From the NCBI GenBank assembly GCA_964304625.1, contig OZ199840.1, positions 10,984,341-11,048,340 on the forward strand: a stretch of 64,000 nucleotides of DNA, written 5' to 3'. Position numbers and translations under genes: made by a program. A model generated the notes under the pieces. It saw only the letters and a program-made list of their open reading frames with translations, was not told where the DNA came from and searched no databases. This document shows positions 27,021 to 40,700 of this stretch, in pieces (position 1 is the first letter of the stretch; each line of letters begins with the position of its first letter). Source of the stretch: Kudoa neothunni. Lineage: Eukaryota; Animalia; Cnidaria.

Positions 27021-27499
27021 TATAGCTTCCCACTATTTTGCTTAATAATTTCTTTTCTAAAAACTATTTTATAATGATCTTAAGGAGGGATTAACTATGG
27101 TAATGTTACCTATATTCCATGGTATTCTTGTTATTCAAAAAATTATCGTGAATATTTTTGAAATAACATATATTATATTTTGAAATAGATATATTAGAAT
27201 ATTTACCTTTAGAGTAATATTTTATGTCTTACTGATTAATATATTAATACATTTTACTTATTAAAAAATATATTTTCAAATTAATTGAATTATTGTATTG
27301 ATCAACATCAATAGTGAATTTATGACAAAATAATCATATTTTAATGATGTTGGATAATTGAAACTTAGTATTTTATTGTCTAATTTTTTTAAATAATGGA
27401 AATAAATAGATTAATAGGATTTAAAACTTCAATGAATATTATAAATTTATCGTAAACCACAATATGGTGACTGTTGAATAGGATTATGTACATTTGTAA

Positions 27500-27585
27500 G
27501 CCGAAATTCGAAAGTGGGATTCGAATCGGTGTTACCAACATTAAAAAGCGGCGGTGCCATATCGCTCTACTCTCAATCGTTGCAT
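27500..27585 (-). mobile_element. tRNA-derived SINE-like head
   Basis: Minus strand has A-box-like TAGAGCGATATGG and B-box-like GATTCGAATCCC; no full cloverleaf. Confidence 0.35.
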
Positions 27586-28019
27586 GTGCGATGTGTGATT
27601 TACGGATTACAACCGTTATAATCCATATGTTACAGTTAGATATAATTTTAAATTTATAGAATATGCGATGCTAATCTGTCAGGCAAATAGGCACAGCTTT
27701 TTAAGATACCTAATCCTACCCCATTGCATGATCTAGAGCTCATTTTATCCAATTATAATAAAAATTTGCCGGTCTAGAATTCCTTCAAAAATAGACATTG
27801 GCTTATTAGTTTGAATAATTTAATTAAAATATTTATTAGTCTCAAAATACGGCTATATTTAACAAAATCCCCTACATTTATGTGACTGTATATCTTGCTA
27901 TGTATAATCCTTAATATGTAAAATAAAAATTTCAAGTTTTAGGGGAAGTTATGCCGATACTCTAATTATAAATTCAAAGTAGATCCACGATTATTTACAT
28001 ATATAATTTTGAGTTTAGC

Positions 28020-28031
28020 TGCGCGTGCGCA
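28020..28031. promoter_or_regulatory. NRF1-type GC motif TGCGCGTGCGCA between the divergent MEI1-like and phosphatase genes
   Basis: The reverse complement matches YGCGCAYGCGCR exactly; the motif recurs elsewhere in the window. Confidence 0.4.
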
Positions 28032-28797
28032 ATGAGTTAAAACAGTTTTTATATCGCCCTTATTTAAATATTTACATCATTTAAATAATTCTACTACAAA
28101 ATGTTGTCAACATATATTATTTAAAAATTAAAAGAACATAATTACCTTAAAGTAAACAAAATGATTGGAATAATTTTACATGATTCTTCTCATGAAACAT
28201 CATTATAATAATAATAATAATTATTATTATTATTATTATAACGAAAACAATTCTGAATCAATGTATTAATCTTATAAGCATTGGAAAAACAATGTTTTTT
28301 GTTTTTTTTATTTATAAAACTTAGTTTAAGTAATTCATTATTTAAAAATTGTATGTAAACAACTCTGTAAAATAAAGGAAAGAATAATTAGATAAAATGT
28401 AATATATTTCAAAATAATTTCCGTTTCAATAAAGTAAATAATTATTCATCTGCAATTTTGTTACAAAATAGGGTAATAACATATTCAAATGTACAATTTA
28501 ACAAGGTGAATCGTGAAATCTTATAATAAAAATAAATGCGAGTTTGTAAACAGTTTTAAGAATTTGTGTAATAAATTTCATTAAAAACTGAACTACTGTA
28601 ACGAGGAGAAAAGTAACTCTTAATAATTTTTGAAAGCTAACGTTTATATAATTATTTCATATTGGTTTAAATGCGGGCTAAATGTAAATTTCTAATCCTC
28701 AATTATTCAGAAAAATATTTATGAATTATATGTTCATAATATTTACTTTTCCGTATATATTAATTATCATTAATATAAATATTTAGGGAGATTGTAA

Positions 28798-30445
28798 ATG
28801 ATATCACTCATAATCTTACTCTTTACTTTTTCAAATCGGGATGAAATCATATGAGTTGGCTCTTGGTAACGTTTATTTTGCAACAAAAACTTCATATCAG
28901 AAAGTAAGGAGAGCTCTTGTTGAAAGACATGGAAATATCACAATACCAAAAGGTTTACATTTGAAGATGGTTTTATATATTGAGTAGGCACGGCGCAAGA
29001 TTATCCGGAGTAGGGGACTACTTTCAACAATATTCATGACACAAAAGAAACTATTATTACGAGTTAACCATCCATATGCCAAATATATCGATGAAAAAAA
29101 ATTTATTTCGAATGGTTAAAACAGGTCTGCTAGCCGGTGTTGGATACAAAGATCAAACGGAATTTGGAAAGAGAATAGGTAAATTAAATTTATAATGAAT
29201 ATAATACATTGTAATATATAAATATATTTTATCAAATGATCACAATTCTATTTCTTATTGAAGTCTATTTAATTTTTAAATTAATGGTTATTTACACATA
29301 TCTGATTTTTTGTATAGCTTATTTACTAAAAGGATTAGTTGAAAAATCATACTATTCGAAAAAGAACAAGCTATCTAAGAAATATGTTTTTCACATCAAC
29401 GTGTACATCAAGAACTGAACAAAGTATGATCTCGTTTAAGAAAGGGTTATTTTCCTCGATTTAATCTGATGAAAATTATTCAAAGTCAAAATGTGACAAT
29501 GGAATTAATTTAAAATTTTTCAAGTATTGCCAAAGGCAGAACTAAAACAGACGAATAGCTATAAAAATTAGGAAAAAAATCGAAGCGAGCGAATACTTTA
29601 AAAAATTAAAAGATAATATTTCAAATAAACTAAAACTTACAGGGTCTGGAAAAACTCCGCATATTAATATGAATAATATACATGCGTTCTATGATATTTG
29701 TCGTTTTGAGATATTGTTATATGGGGAAAAATTGGATGAAAAATAAGATATGTCGGTTGTTCACTACGAATGAACTATTAGCCATGGAATATTTAGAAGA
29801 TTCATACTCTGATATAGTTGATGGCTCTTACTTCAAGAACAATCATAAAATGGCAATCCCCTTATTCCAACATATTTACTCACTCATTAAGGAAACGATT
29901 GAAACAAATGATGAACACTATTTTAAATTTTATGCAGAATTCGCTCACGAAAAAACCACAATTCCTTTAATAGTAACCACTAGTCATTTTATTTAAGCAT
30001 CTTATTTAAAAATTCAATGTTTAAGGGACTGATCAATGTCGTACCAGAATACATGAAGATGTTCCTCAACAAACATACACAAATCATGGATTTCATCATG
30101 GATGATAGATCTCTAAAGAAATCGTTTCACATTGAACGCCTGAAAAGGTATGGAAAAATTGCGCCTATGAACAACAACGTTGTTTTTATGGTATTAGAAC
30201 GCAAAGAAACTAAACGTGTATATTGAAAAAAATAAAATTTCTGTTATTAAACTACATCGAATTAGAAATACGTTTCCATTCATGTGAATGAAGTAGGTGT
30301 AAAGATGAAATGTTGTTCAATAGAGAACTCCTTAAATCCAGGAATTCCATCAAACCTTTGTTCATGGGATTCTTTTAAATCTTGCTATGGAAGGTTTGGA
30401 ACTGGACGGCATCTTTTTTATGAATATTGCAATGGGAATAATTAG
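28798..30445 (+). CDS. Secreted histidine acid phosphatase, MINPP1/phytase-like (needs several +1 corrections in the 5' half)
   Basis: Signal peptide MISLIILLFTF, FATKTSY, catalytic YILSRHGARL, GLLAGVGYKDQTEFGKRI, TSRTEQSM, CRLFTTNELLAMEYLED, FAHEKTTIPL, IAPMNNNVVF, HVNE; TAG at 30443-30445. Confidence 0.8.
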
Positions 30446-30589
30446 ATAAAAACTCTAATGATTTATTAATCGTTAAAATAATATTTCCCATTTAATATAA
30501 TTTTTGAATTTACCTAACATAAATGTTGATTTCATAAAAAAAGACCTCACAATTTTTTGCCAATCTGTAACATTTAAACTACGACAAAT

Positions 30590-30785
30590 AGTCTTATAGT
30601 GTGGTGATTGGACTCAATACCCAGAGGTACTAACTTCGATTCCCGCTACCGATCGATCAGTCTATTGATTCCGTACGAGTGTGTCTGTATCCAGTAATGA
30701 GAGCTGTTATTAGAATGCGATTATATTGTAAGTGTAATTTCATGAGAGGTTATTGTTCAGCCAAGTAGTAGTAATAGTAGTAAAT
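30590..30785 (+). mobile_element. tRNA-derived SINE-like element
   Basis: B-box-like CTTCGATTCCC near 30634 and a (GTA)n tail after CAGCCAAGTAGT; the same CAGCCAAGTAGT occurs near 8109. Confidence 0.35.
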
Positions 30786-31459
30786 GATGTTGAATTAGAC
30801 GTTTGAATATTCCAAGATGCATTAAGGGGCTTGAAATTGTTTTAGAGAAAAGTCCATATTGATAGGTTGGTGTTTAAGGTGGTGATTTCCCCGGAGACGA
30901 TGATCTTTAGTGGGCTAAACTCCTGCATTGTCATAGAAAAGATAGGGGACAAGGAGGTAGGTGTTACTCATCCTTATATACTCAGAGCGTTAATGCGATA
31001 GCCTAACCAGCTAAAACTCAACAACCTAATAAGTTGAACCAGAGGTGTTTTCCGGGGAAAAATTAAGTTATAAAATTAAATCCTATAACATACTAAAATT
31101 TAATATCAGACTTACATATTTTAAAAAATTATAGATAACTATGAATATCCTATATTGGGATGTTTTAAATATACCTAACATAATTTACACAAGCTGATAT
31201 TTAATGCGTAATATCGATTTTCAATCATTAATTAAATTTTCTCTTCCATAAAATGTAATTATGTTTGTTTAATTTCTAAATTATTCTAATAAATTAATTA
31301 TCATAAAATATTCAATACAACGATGTATTTGGATATGTTATACATTTATATGCAATAACCAAGATTCAATATACATAGTTTCATCAGCTAATCGTTTATT
31401 TTTGAAATTTTTCAATTAAGCCTATTCTAAAATATTCATATTTAAAGATTTTACACAAA

Positions 31460-31463
<4 letters not shown>

Positions 31464-31490
<27 letters not shown>
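31464..31490. repeat. (AT)n microsatellite
   Basis: Directly visible. Confidence 0.9.
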
Positions 31491-31494
<4 letters not shown>

Positions 31495-31744
31495 GCAAGA
31501 TAACAAAGAGAGATAACGAATAAACATTCACACTGAATATTTTGAGATTAGTAGGAATTCATTCAAATTAAACTATCACGAGCAAATAAAAAAAATCATT
31601 TTCTTGAAACACGGAAAATAAGTCGAAAAACAATTGTAATATTATAAATAAATTAAACTAATAACAATGGGTGCCTGGTGGTTCGTAATTTCTAAAGTAT
31701 CACACGCGATATTATGGAGGAAAGGATGCTATAAATCAACTACA

Positions 31745-34700
31745 ATGATAAATTATTTGAGTAAAAATTACTCAGTTATAGTAATATTTTTAAGTTTTCT
31801 GACAATTATATCGTTTACTTTTTGTTCGGTATCCGGAATTTATTTATAACTACAGAAGCACAGGGATATCGCACACTTGTTTGGGACAAAACTTTTAGGT
31901 GCATAGTAACCCTGCAGTACGCAGTGTTCATGATCTCGTACGCATTATACTAGATCAGGGGTGGGCAATTATATTTTTAAATGGGTCGGATTATAGTAAA
32001 ATCAATATACTTGATCAAATGGATACATAAGATATTATTTTCAGTACTTCGATATTAAAATAAGGTAGACTTACATCAGCCAATGTAAAAAACCTTCTGA
32101 ATATTATTTTTTAAGCATAAAAAAATTTACATTATAAAATTGGTAAAAAAATAAATAATAATCAATGATATAGGTATAATCTATTACAATCGCTAACTAA
32201 TTTTTCAAAATTTGGATCTAGGTTGCTTGTATTGATTCTTAGGACAGCCTGGAGGTTTTAATAAGTCATTAGATACCTATTCTTTGATTTGTTGATAAAC
32301 ATAACGGAAAAATTTTGTTCACATGTGTAGGTAGATTCGAACAAAACAAAAAGCTTCCTTAAAAAGTTTTTTAGATTTCGTTATGTTAAAAAATATTTGT
32401 AAGAAATATTATTGGATAAAACCTTAATAATGAATTTCTAGAAGTAACTACATTCCTCAAACGATAGATCTGTTATTAATATTATTTAATATGTTTAAAG
32501 TATGTAAATTTTTTTAGAAAACTGCGTAAAGCTGAGAACTTAATGGATTATATGTAGTTGACATCGCTGAATAAAAAACGGGTTAAAAGTTGTCATGGAT
32601 AGCTTTCAAGTAGATTTGAGTCACAATTAATTTTAAAATTTTAATGATAACACGTTTAACTGAATTTTACAATATAAATAAAGATTACGTAATAAATACA
32701 TAACATTTGTGGATTGGTTTATAGAATAACAGAATTTATTTTGAATTTCCAATATTAAATTTTACCATGTTTTCGTACATAAAAATATATACGTATTGAA
32801 AAATACACTGAGATTATATAATAAATTAAACCATTTAAGAATCATATATTTGATAATATTAATAAAATATTTAATAAATAAATGTATATTTTTAGAAATT
32901 AGAGCTGGAAAGTTGTGTACAAATATGAACAATTTTGTCATATTGAGGCCTAGATCAAATAAGATCGAACACTTTTTCACTGAAAATGTTTGAACCTAAC
33001 ATTTTCTCTTCGAATGCTGTAATTCCGGTAAAACAGAGTTCCTTCTTGTGCGCGTGCGCAAATGAAGCAATCTTAGGGTTTTGTTACACATATAATTTTT
33101 CGCAATTCTCTATTTTTGTTTTATATCCAAAAATATTATATTTAAGTTATATTGATAATAAAAAATGAAAACATTTCTTTAAAATACAGTAATTTTGGGT
33201 CCAATGTAGTAGGCGCGCGCATCTACTTTTATTTGAAACCTGGATTTTTACGCTCTTAAAGATTTCTACATTATAAAAATAGATTTTTATTACTAAATTA
33301 ATTATGTTTTCCTTATTTGTTATTTTTAATGATAAGTATAAGGTCGGTAAAAATAATTAATGTACCAATGAAGAGTAGTTTCTCAGAGTTATCCATCGCG
33401 GAATTTAGTATTGCCTCCTTATTTAAAATGGTTCTTATTCTTAATCCTATGAAATATTATTGATTGATGAGAATTGTGACTCGATATGACTTTAAAATTG
33501 GGGATGTTATGGGAAAACAAAAGTCTGATGATTGTTTAGTTGTGCCAGCTCTATGGATAACTTGGCATTAGAAAGCCGCCGACATTTTTTGGTTCAAAAG
33601 ACGCATATATTATAAAGCTTGTTACATTGAATTATTCGTGAAAATGTTAATGGTAATTTTTTCCCCAAAAAATGTATCTTTTCACTATAAATATGATTAC
33701 ATTTTTAATGCAAATACTATATTATTTTTGACATTGTTTCCATTAAGAAAATATAAACTTACATTGAATAAATAACGAACGATTGCATCATAAAAATAAA
33801 CCCTCGTTTCATTATAATCATGCACTAATCCAGATTCCAATGTGCTTCTATCCGAAAATTCAGGCATAAACTTGTTTCGTGGTGAAGTCTTGTTTTATCG
33901 AAATTCTGTATTAATTCGAGATTATCGTACACATAAAAATGATAATCGAATTTCGAAATAAGGTGTCTATTGATCACACATGTATCGTAGCGTATGTGAC
34001 ATTTCCATATTTATATAACTTATATATCATAAACAAACAAAATACATGTATATTTGATAAGAAGTTGGGTATCATATTTTTATTAATATGAATAATTTCA
34101 ATTATTGAAATACTTCTTAGCCGTTGTGAAAAATAGACAAAGACAATCACTGGATAAATACCCTTCAACAGATTATTTTTGTTTATACAGAATAAGTACA
34201 AAAATAGCTGATTTGAAGTATACATATGATAACCAATTTAAGATGAAGCATCATATATGAAAATTGAGGAATATTTTTTATTAATTCGTATGTAATACTA
34301 ATAAAAAATGTGTGATAATACATTTATTTATGATGAAGTTGATCTTCCGTCAAAAATTTAAATTATTCAATTATTAATATATTCAAATAATAGTGTATTA
34401 TAGCGGTTATAATATTTTGTGAAATGTTATGTTTACTATAATGTGCATAATCGTATAATGTTTATTTTTGAAATAATCTCAGTGAAACATAAGTTTGATC
34501 TCAAAATCAAATAATCTTAAACTATTTAACGTAATTTTAATATATCGTAACAATTTTTTAATCTATATATAAATAGAAAATATTAAATATTAGTCGTTAA
34601 ATACATAATATTAATAAAGAATTAGCAAAAGAACTTTCACGTTTATATCAAGAAGATTACTATAATCTTACGATAAAATATATTAAGATTAAATTTTAGA

Positions 34701-37700
34701 AACTTACTATCGTGAGTTGTCGTTCATTGGAATAACAGTCTGCTATAATTCAAGTGACATATAACAGGTAAAATACATTTTTAAAAATAATTTTCCATTG
34801 ATTATTATTTACAAACGTAAAGTCATATTATGATTTTTCAAATATTGTTGAACCCCGTTTATCCGAAAATGTTGGGACCTGGTATTTTCTTCTCGGATAC
34901 TGAAATTTCGGTTAAATGAGGTTCGATGAATGCGCGTATGCGGCGGGAAAAATTGTAGATTGGTTACATACTTTATTTTTTATTATTCAATGTTTGTTTT
35001 ATATTTAAAAAAAAACTCTACCATAAATAAGTTTTATTAATAAATAAAATATGAAAACATTAGTTTAATGCATAGTAGTTTGAGATTCAACGTAGTCGGC
35101 GCCTGCATACCACCGATATGCGTGACCTTAACGCCGCTGCACCGTATTAGAATGATACACTTTAAAATCCAAAAAATGGATTATTATTAATTTTTTTATA
35201 ATTTATTCCCTATTTGGATATTATAAGCTGTACTAATAATTATGATAAGAGTAATAAAATACCGGGTTTTGCATCCAGAGTCGAACTTTAAACAGTTGAA
35301 ATGACCATTTTTGGTCACGAATTGAACTTTTAAGGTGAGTTGTATCGAATAGTTCTCACGTTTGTTAGAACGTCAAAGCAACAAAGTCGATCGAATCGGA
35401 ACCGCGAGAGAGTGATAGATTTGGTTGTAAATAAGGTTAAGAGCCAGTGAGAAGTTTCTGAATCTTTGGCATTCCCAAATCAACCCTTTGTGGAATAATC
35501 AAAGACTATAGAAGTACCGAAAAATCCATCAAACACCTAGGGAGGTTGTAGAAATATTTACCTTACTTCAGAAGTGAACAACAATTTGATAAAATTAATA
35601 TAGGATGACTGCACCATCACTTTTACAATCGATGATTGAGAATTTTAACCTGACCGTCCACCCTACTACGGTTTGGAGATGGTTGAAATCAATGAACATG
35701 AGATTCAAACTTGCGAGACCTATTCCACAAAGTAGAAACTGCGAAGAATGTATGCAGAGTGGTATTCAAGAATCTCCATTGATCGGAGCTATAATAACGT
35801 AATATTTATGTAAGAAAGCCCTTTTTACCCTGCATGTATTGAAGAATCATGGAAGAGCGTTAAGGGACCAGACTCCTAATCCTATGATTAGGAACAGCAG
35901 TGGAGATAATATCAGCATGATATTAGCCGTAAGTGCCACCAATGTAGTGCATTGTGAGGTGGTTTTTAGTAATGTTAATCATGAGATATTACATGGATTT
36001 TTGACAAAATTGAATGAGAATTTGAGAAGTAGCGATTTCACGATTGTCATGGATAATGTTCGCTTTCATCACACCAATATGGAATTTTATGAAAAATATG
36101 ATTATGAAGTAGTTTATTTGCCAAGGTAGAGCCCTTTCTTAAATCTCTGTGAGGAAATTTTTCCCCAATTAAAATCAAAAATTCGGCACTATGACCCTTT
36201 AAGTGGAAGAGACGATCTCCTCAATAGGATGAAAGAAGCTTCCAATTCTGTATCTTCCGATAGTTTGAAGAATTATTATCAACATGCGTAAACTTTCCTT
36301 GAATAATGTCATGCTATCGTCGATATTAAAAAAAATTAACTGAAACGTAAACTAACAATTTATCGATTACTTTTTGCTTTAGTTACGTTACGTACTCTCT
36401 TCCATTGCACTTACTAAGCTCTAATAAACTTTCACAATATATCTAATATTTTTAATTTCAATTTTTTAATGACTTTTACTTTGATTATCAAATAGTTCAA
36501 ATTTGGATGCAAAACCCGGTAACTATGAGGAGTATTCTCCATAACGATACGTAGAATTTCTTCATTAATTAAAATATCTCATAATTCAACAATTTAATAT
36601 TGATTAATAATTGTTAAGACTCAATAAGACTTAAAATTGGAGGTGTTATGGGAAAAAACTGATGTGTGAACATTGTTGAATTGAGTCAATTCCTTGGATA
36701 AATTGGTCTTATGGAGTCACCGCTTGTTTGTGATTAAACAATCAAATAAATTCCATTTTTATATTATATTACTCATGAAAAGATATAAGGGAATTTGTCT
36801 TTACCCAAAAATTATTTGTTCATCATGAACATGGTTATATTTTAAACATAAAATATTACATTATCTACGTTATGCTATTCTTATGAATCAATCATAAACT
36901 TAAATTTAATTAATAACGAACATATGTATCGAAAAAATTAAATTTAGGTGCCATTTTACCCAAGGACTGATCTAGACTTCAGGGCATTGTTATCCGAAAA
37001 TTCCAGCCAAAAGTTATTTCGGATAAAAAAATTTTTTTATTTAGAATCTTTATCATTTTCAAATAAAATTTAAAAAATCATTCGGAGAGCACGATTTTCG
37101 GATAAACGAGGTTCCACATAAAATAAGTGTTGAAATAATATAATAATATTATTTTTATTAAATATTAATATTTAATCTATTTGTTAGAATATTACAAGAA
37201 TTTGGAATATGACACATATAAACATTTTATTCGTATCATTCTTGATGTATGAAAACTTTAATGGTAAACCAATAATAATCAACTATTTTAATATTATTTA
37301 GGGATTGGTACCAAGGTATGAGTTACCCTTTTATACAATTTTCTATTTATAAAATTAATATACTCTTAACTAATAAGAGACTACCTTTATAATATTTTTT
37401 AAAATTGAATCGAATTTCAGATCATACAGGGGACACGAAATCATATTGATGTAATAAAACCAGTCAAGTGTATCGACATAGAAATAATTGTAACCAATCA
37501 CGTGGTAATTAAAAAATATATATGTAATAAAATATGTTTAATTCAGGATAAATACTTCTGTAATAGAGAAGCATTAAAAAGAAATGTAATACAAATGTTA
37601 GAAGTTGCTCAGAAAGTATTTCCTATTTTTGAAAAAAATCAAATATTTATAGAGTTATTCGTTACATAATATACAACTATCGCTTTCGGGAATAGTATAC

Positions 37701-40700
37701 TTGAGAGAAACCGATCTTGTATTTGACATGGGAAATACTTGGTTCCAATCAATGAGAAATTATTATGCCATCTCGGAAAAAAGGGCCTCCAAAGCGGCAG
37801 TGCAAATTATATTGTCGTAATAATAATTATTAAATATTTTTATAAATAATTATTTAAGTTGGATAATTGATAAATGAATATATACAGTCCAACCTCGATT
37901 ATCCGGAAAATTCTGGACCAGTGATTTTCTTTCCGGATATCGAGGTTACGGTTAATCTAACATAAACAAGGCACTGGCTATTGCTGCGGATCCGTATAAC
38001 TCGCATGCTGGGGTTGTCTATTGCTACGGGAAGAAATAACTCCTAATCTAAAAACCCAGTTAATATTTGGAGTTCACATTTGTAATTAATGGTTTTTGAG
38101 GAAATTTGAGTTGTTGAAAATTCTAATATTTTGTGACTATAAATTTTGTGTTTTATGTTTTGTTTTGAGTAATGTTAAATACCAGACATTGTATTTAATG
38201 TATAAAAACGTCCATTCTATTACCTGTGATCGTACCTAATATGTTTAATCTAGCTCAACAAATTTAGCCTGTTAAAATATGCTTAATTATGTTTTTATAA
38301 AATGAAATAATTATAGTTGATATATATTTGATTTATAGATTATATTTCTATTTCTATTATTACATATCTACAAAGTATATTAAGTATTACCGCTATTTAT
38401 GGAAAACGATTAGAGTATTCTATATAGCGAATTCGGTAAATATATTTAATGTTTGCATTTAAATAGCGGCGAGTATGATTCTATCTACTTAAATTGTATT
38501 GCTACGAATATAGATGAATTATTAGTTTTAATAACATTAAATTTAAAAAAAACTAAAATTTTACTCTAATGCGTTATCTGAAATTAATGTTCACAATGGA
38601 AGGAAACATATTTTGTATTCTTGATCACAGTAACCTGTGTGGGAATCAAAGTTTTCATTGTAGCGTCATTTGTATGATGGAATCCTCTCATTGATTGATA
38701 GCTGACTTATATAACTCATCAAAAAGTCATATTATTCGTTATGAATATCTTTTTTTCCTGCAATTTAATAATGAGGGAATTGCAAAAAATACAGAATTCT
38801 AAAAATTTTAATGATGCTTTGATTTAATACAAAGTAACGTTTGTATTCTTTTTGACTCTCTAGAAAAAGAAAGCCTAAAGGTAACAAAAATGGTCCACAT
38901 ATAGAGATAGAGATAACTGCCTCTCTAGCATTACTTTTTGAGCTAGTAACGATATGGACAATTTTTTATAATCATATTCTTAAATGAGATACATGATCAT
39001 CTTTGTAATTCTTCGATACACAAATTTCTACCTCATCAACAAAAAGTCGATTTCACAGATAATCATCTTTTTGAATTAATATTATTTGGATTTAATAAAA
39101 AGCGTATATAAAAAACGTTATGCTATTCAATGAGAAACAATATCACAGTGAAATCCCTACACAATGTGAAAACAAGAGGAATAACCAACATAGATGTTGT
39201 ATTTACGACTATCCATATGTCAACAAACAATTTTAAATGTGATGTTAAAATTATAAAAATGATAATAATGTTGCTACTTTATTATTTTTGGTTAATCACC
39301 TGATACGACTAACTCTTCAATTTTATTGAAAAGTTGTGCTAATAGAGGCAATAGGTAAACTTTTAAAATCGGGGTGATTGTAAATTCAAATATATTTGAT
39401 AAATTCCACAATTTGTATTCTTATTAATGCACCCTTGTATTTAGCAGCTGTTGACGGTCCTATCTGAGAATTTTGCATAATTTATGCACGCATTTTTCAT
39501 AAAAAAATTCATGCAGGCATTGATGGCTTCATGATATAAATTTTAAAATGCTTCCCTACTTTGAATGGAAAATTATGTATCGTTGTTACTGTTGAGAACA
39601 TAAAGAGAGGGAACTTAGTAACATAATACGAAATAACAACAGATACTCGAAATAAAATCATCAAAATGTTAACAAATATTAGATTTATCATTCCCACCGA
39701 GAGTGAAAGCAATCGGACGACTTAACAAATCCAGGCTAACATCCATTTCTTTTCTTAGAACGAAAACCAATAAAAAAATAATATACTATCTATTTAAAAT
39801 ACTAACAGTTTATTAAAAAAAGATTTATTTGAGCCCAAAAATTGTATCGTAATCAGTCTAATACAATATTGCTAACTCCTGTGTTTAAGAATGTTCATAA
39901 ACTAATAATTTATTTCCTCATTGTTTTAAATTTTCAACTTAAACATATATGCCTCCCATTTAAATAAATGAGCAGTTGCCACAAAATTAAAAACGTTTCT
40001 TTGTGCACGCTCATATTAATAAAAGTCAAAATTGGTCATTTCATCTGAGCATTCTCCTTATAAACTAATTTTACGCAAACAATTTTGCATATTAATTTTA
40101 TTAAACGTTAAAAAGGTGAATTATAGATAATTTGTTAACCCAAAACTCCTTACAATATTGTTGTAATTTTTCAATGATGTATTATTATTTAAAATTGTTA
40201 ATTATGTTAGGGTAAAAATCATTAACTACAAAAGTGAATTTCAAATATTAACTGGGTTCTTAAATTTGGAGTTATAACCTCTTGTAGCAATAGACAACCC
40301 CGCATGCGGACTATACGGATCCGTTGCAACAGCCACTGCCCCATAATTATAATGTGCGTGCGCGACTATTAAAATTTTTGCTTACCGTGGTTGTTTACTC
40401 GGTTTATAAACAATTTTTACTATTTATTCACCTTCAAACGAATTTGGAATGTATTACACCCCAAACACTTTGAATCGGGTTATAAAATCTTCCACACACT
40501 ACCAATAGATTTAAAAATCCCGTTACCCTCCTATATTTCTTTCTACTTTCGTATATTAAAAGTTTTAAATCATTACGTGAATAATTCCCTCCCAAAAAAA
40601 TCCATCGTCCAACAAATTTTGTAGTTAAAATAACCCCAGCGTTTTTTTTAAATTAATTGTAAAAATTGTTGTGAGCTAATTCGGAAGTTTTTATAAAATT

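Noticed and set aside
30590-30660. tRNA gene
   Set aside because: Only a degenerate B-box, with no consistent acceptor or anticodon stems; treated as SINE-like.
35262-36519. Bacterial IS630 (and IS1595 at 59 kb) as contamination or recent horizontal transfer
   Set aside because: The elements are decayed and embedded in eukaryotic introns or intergenic DNA, and both families have established eukaryotic branches (Tc1-like, Merlin).
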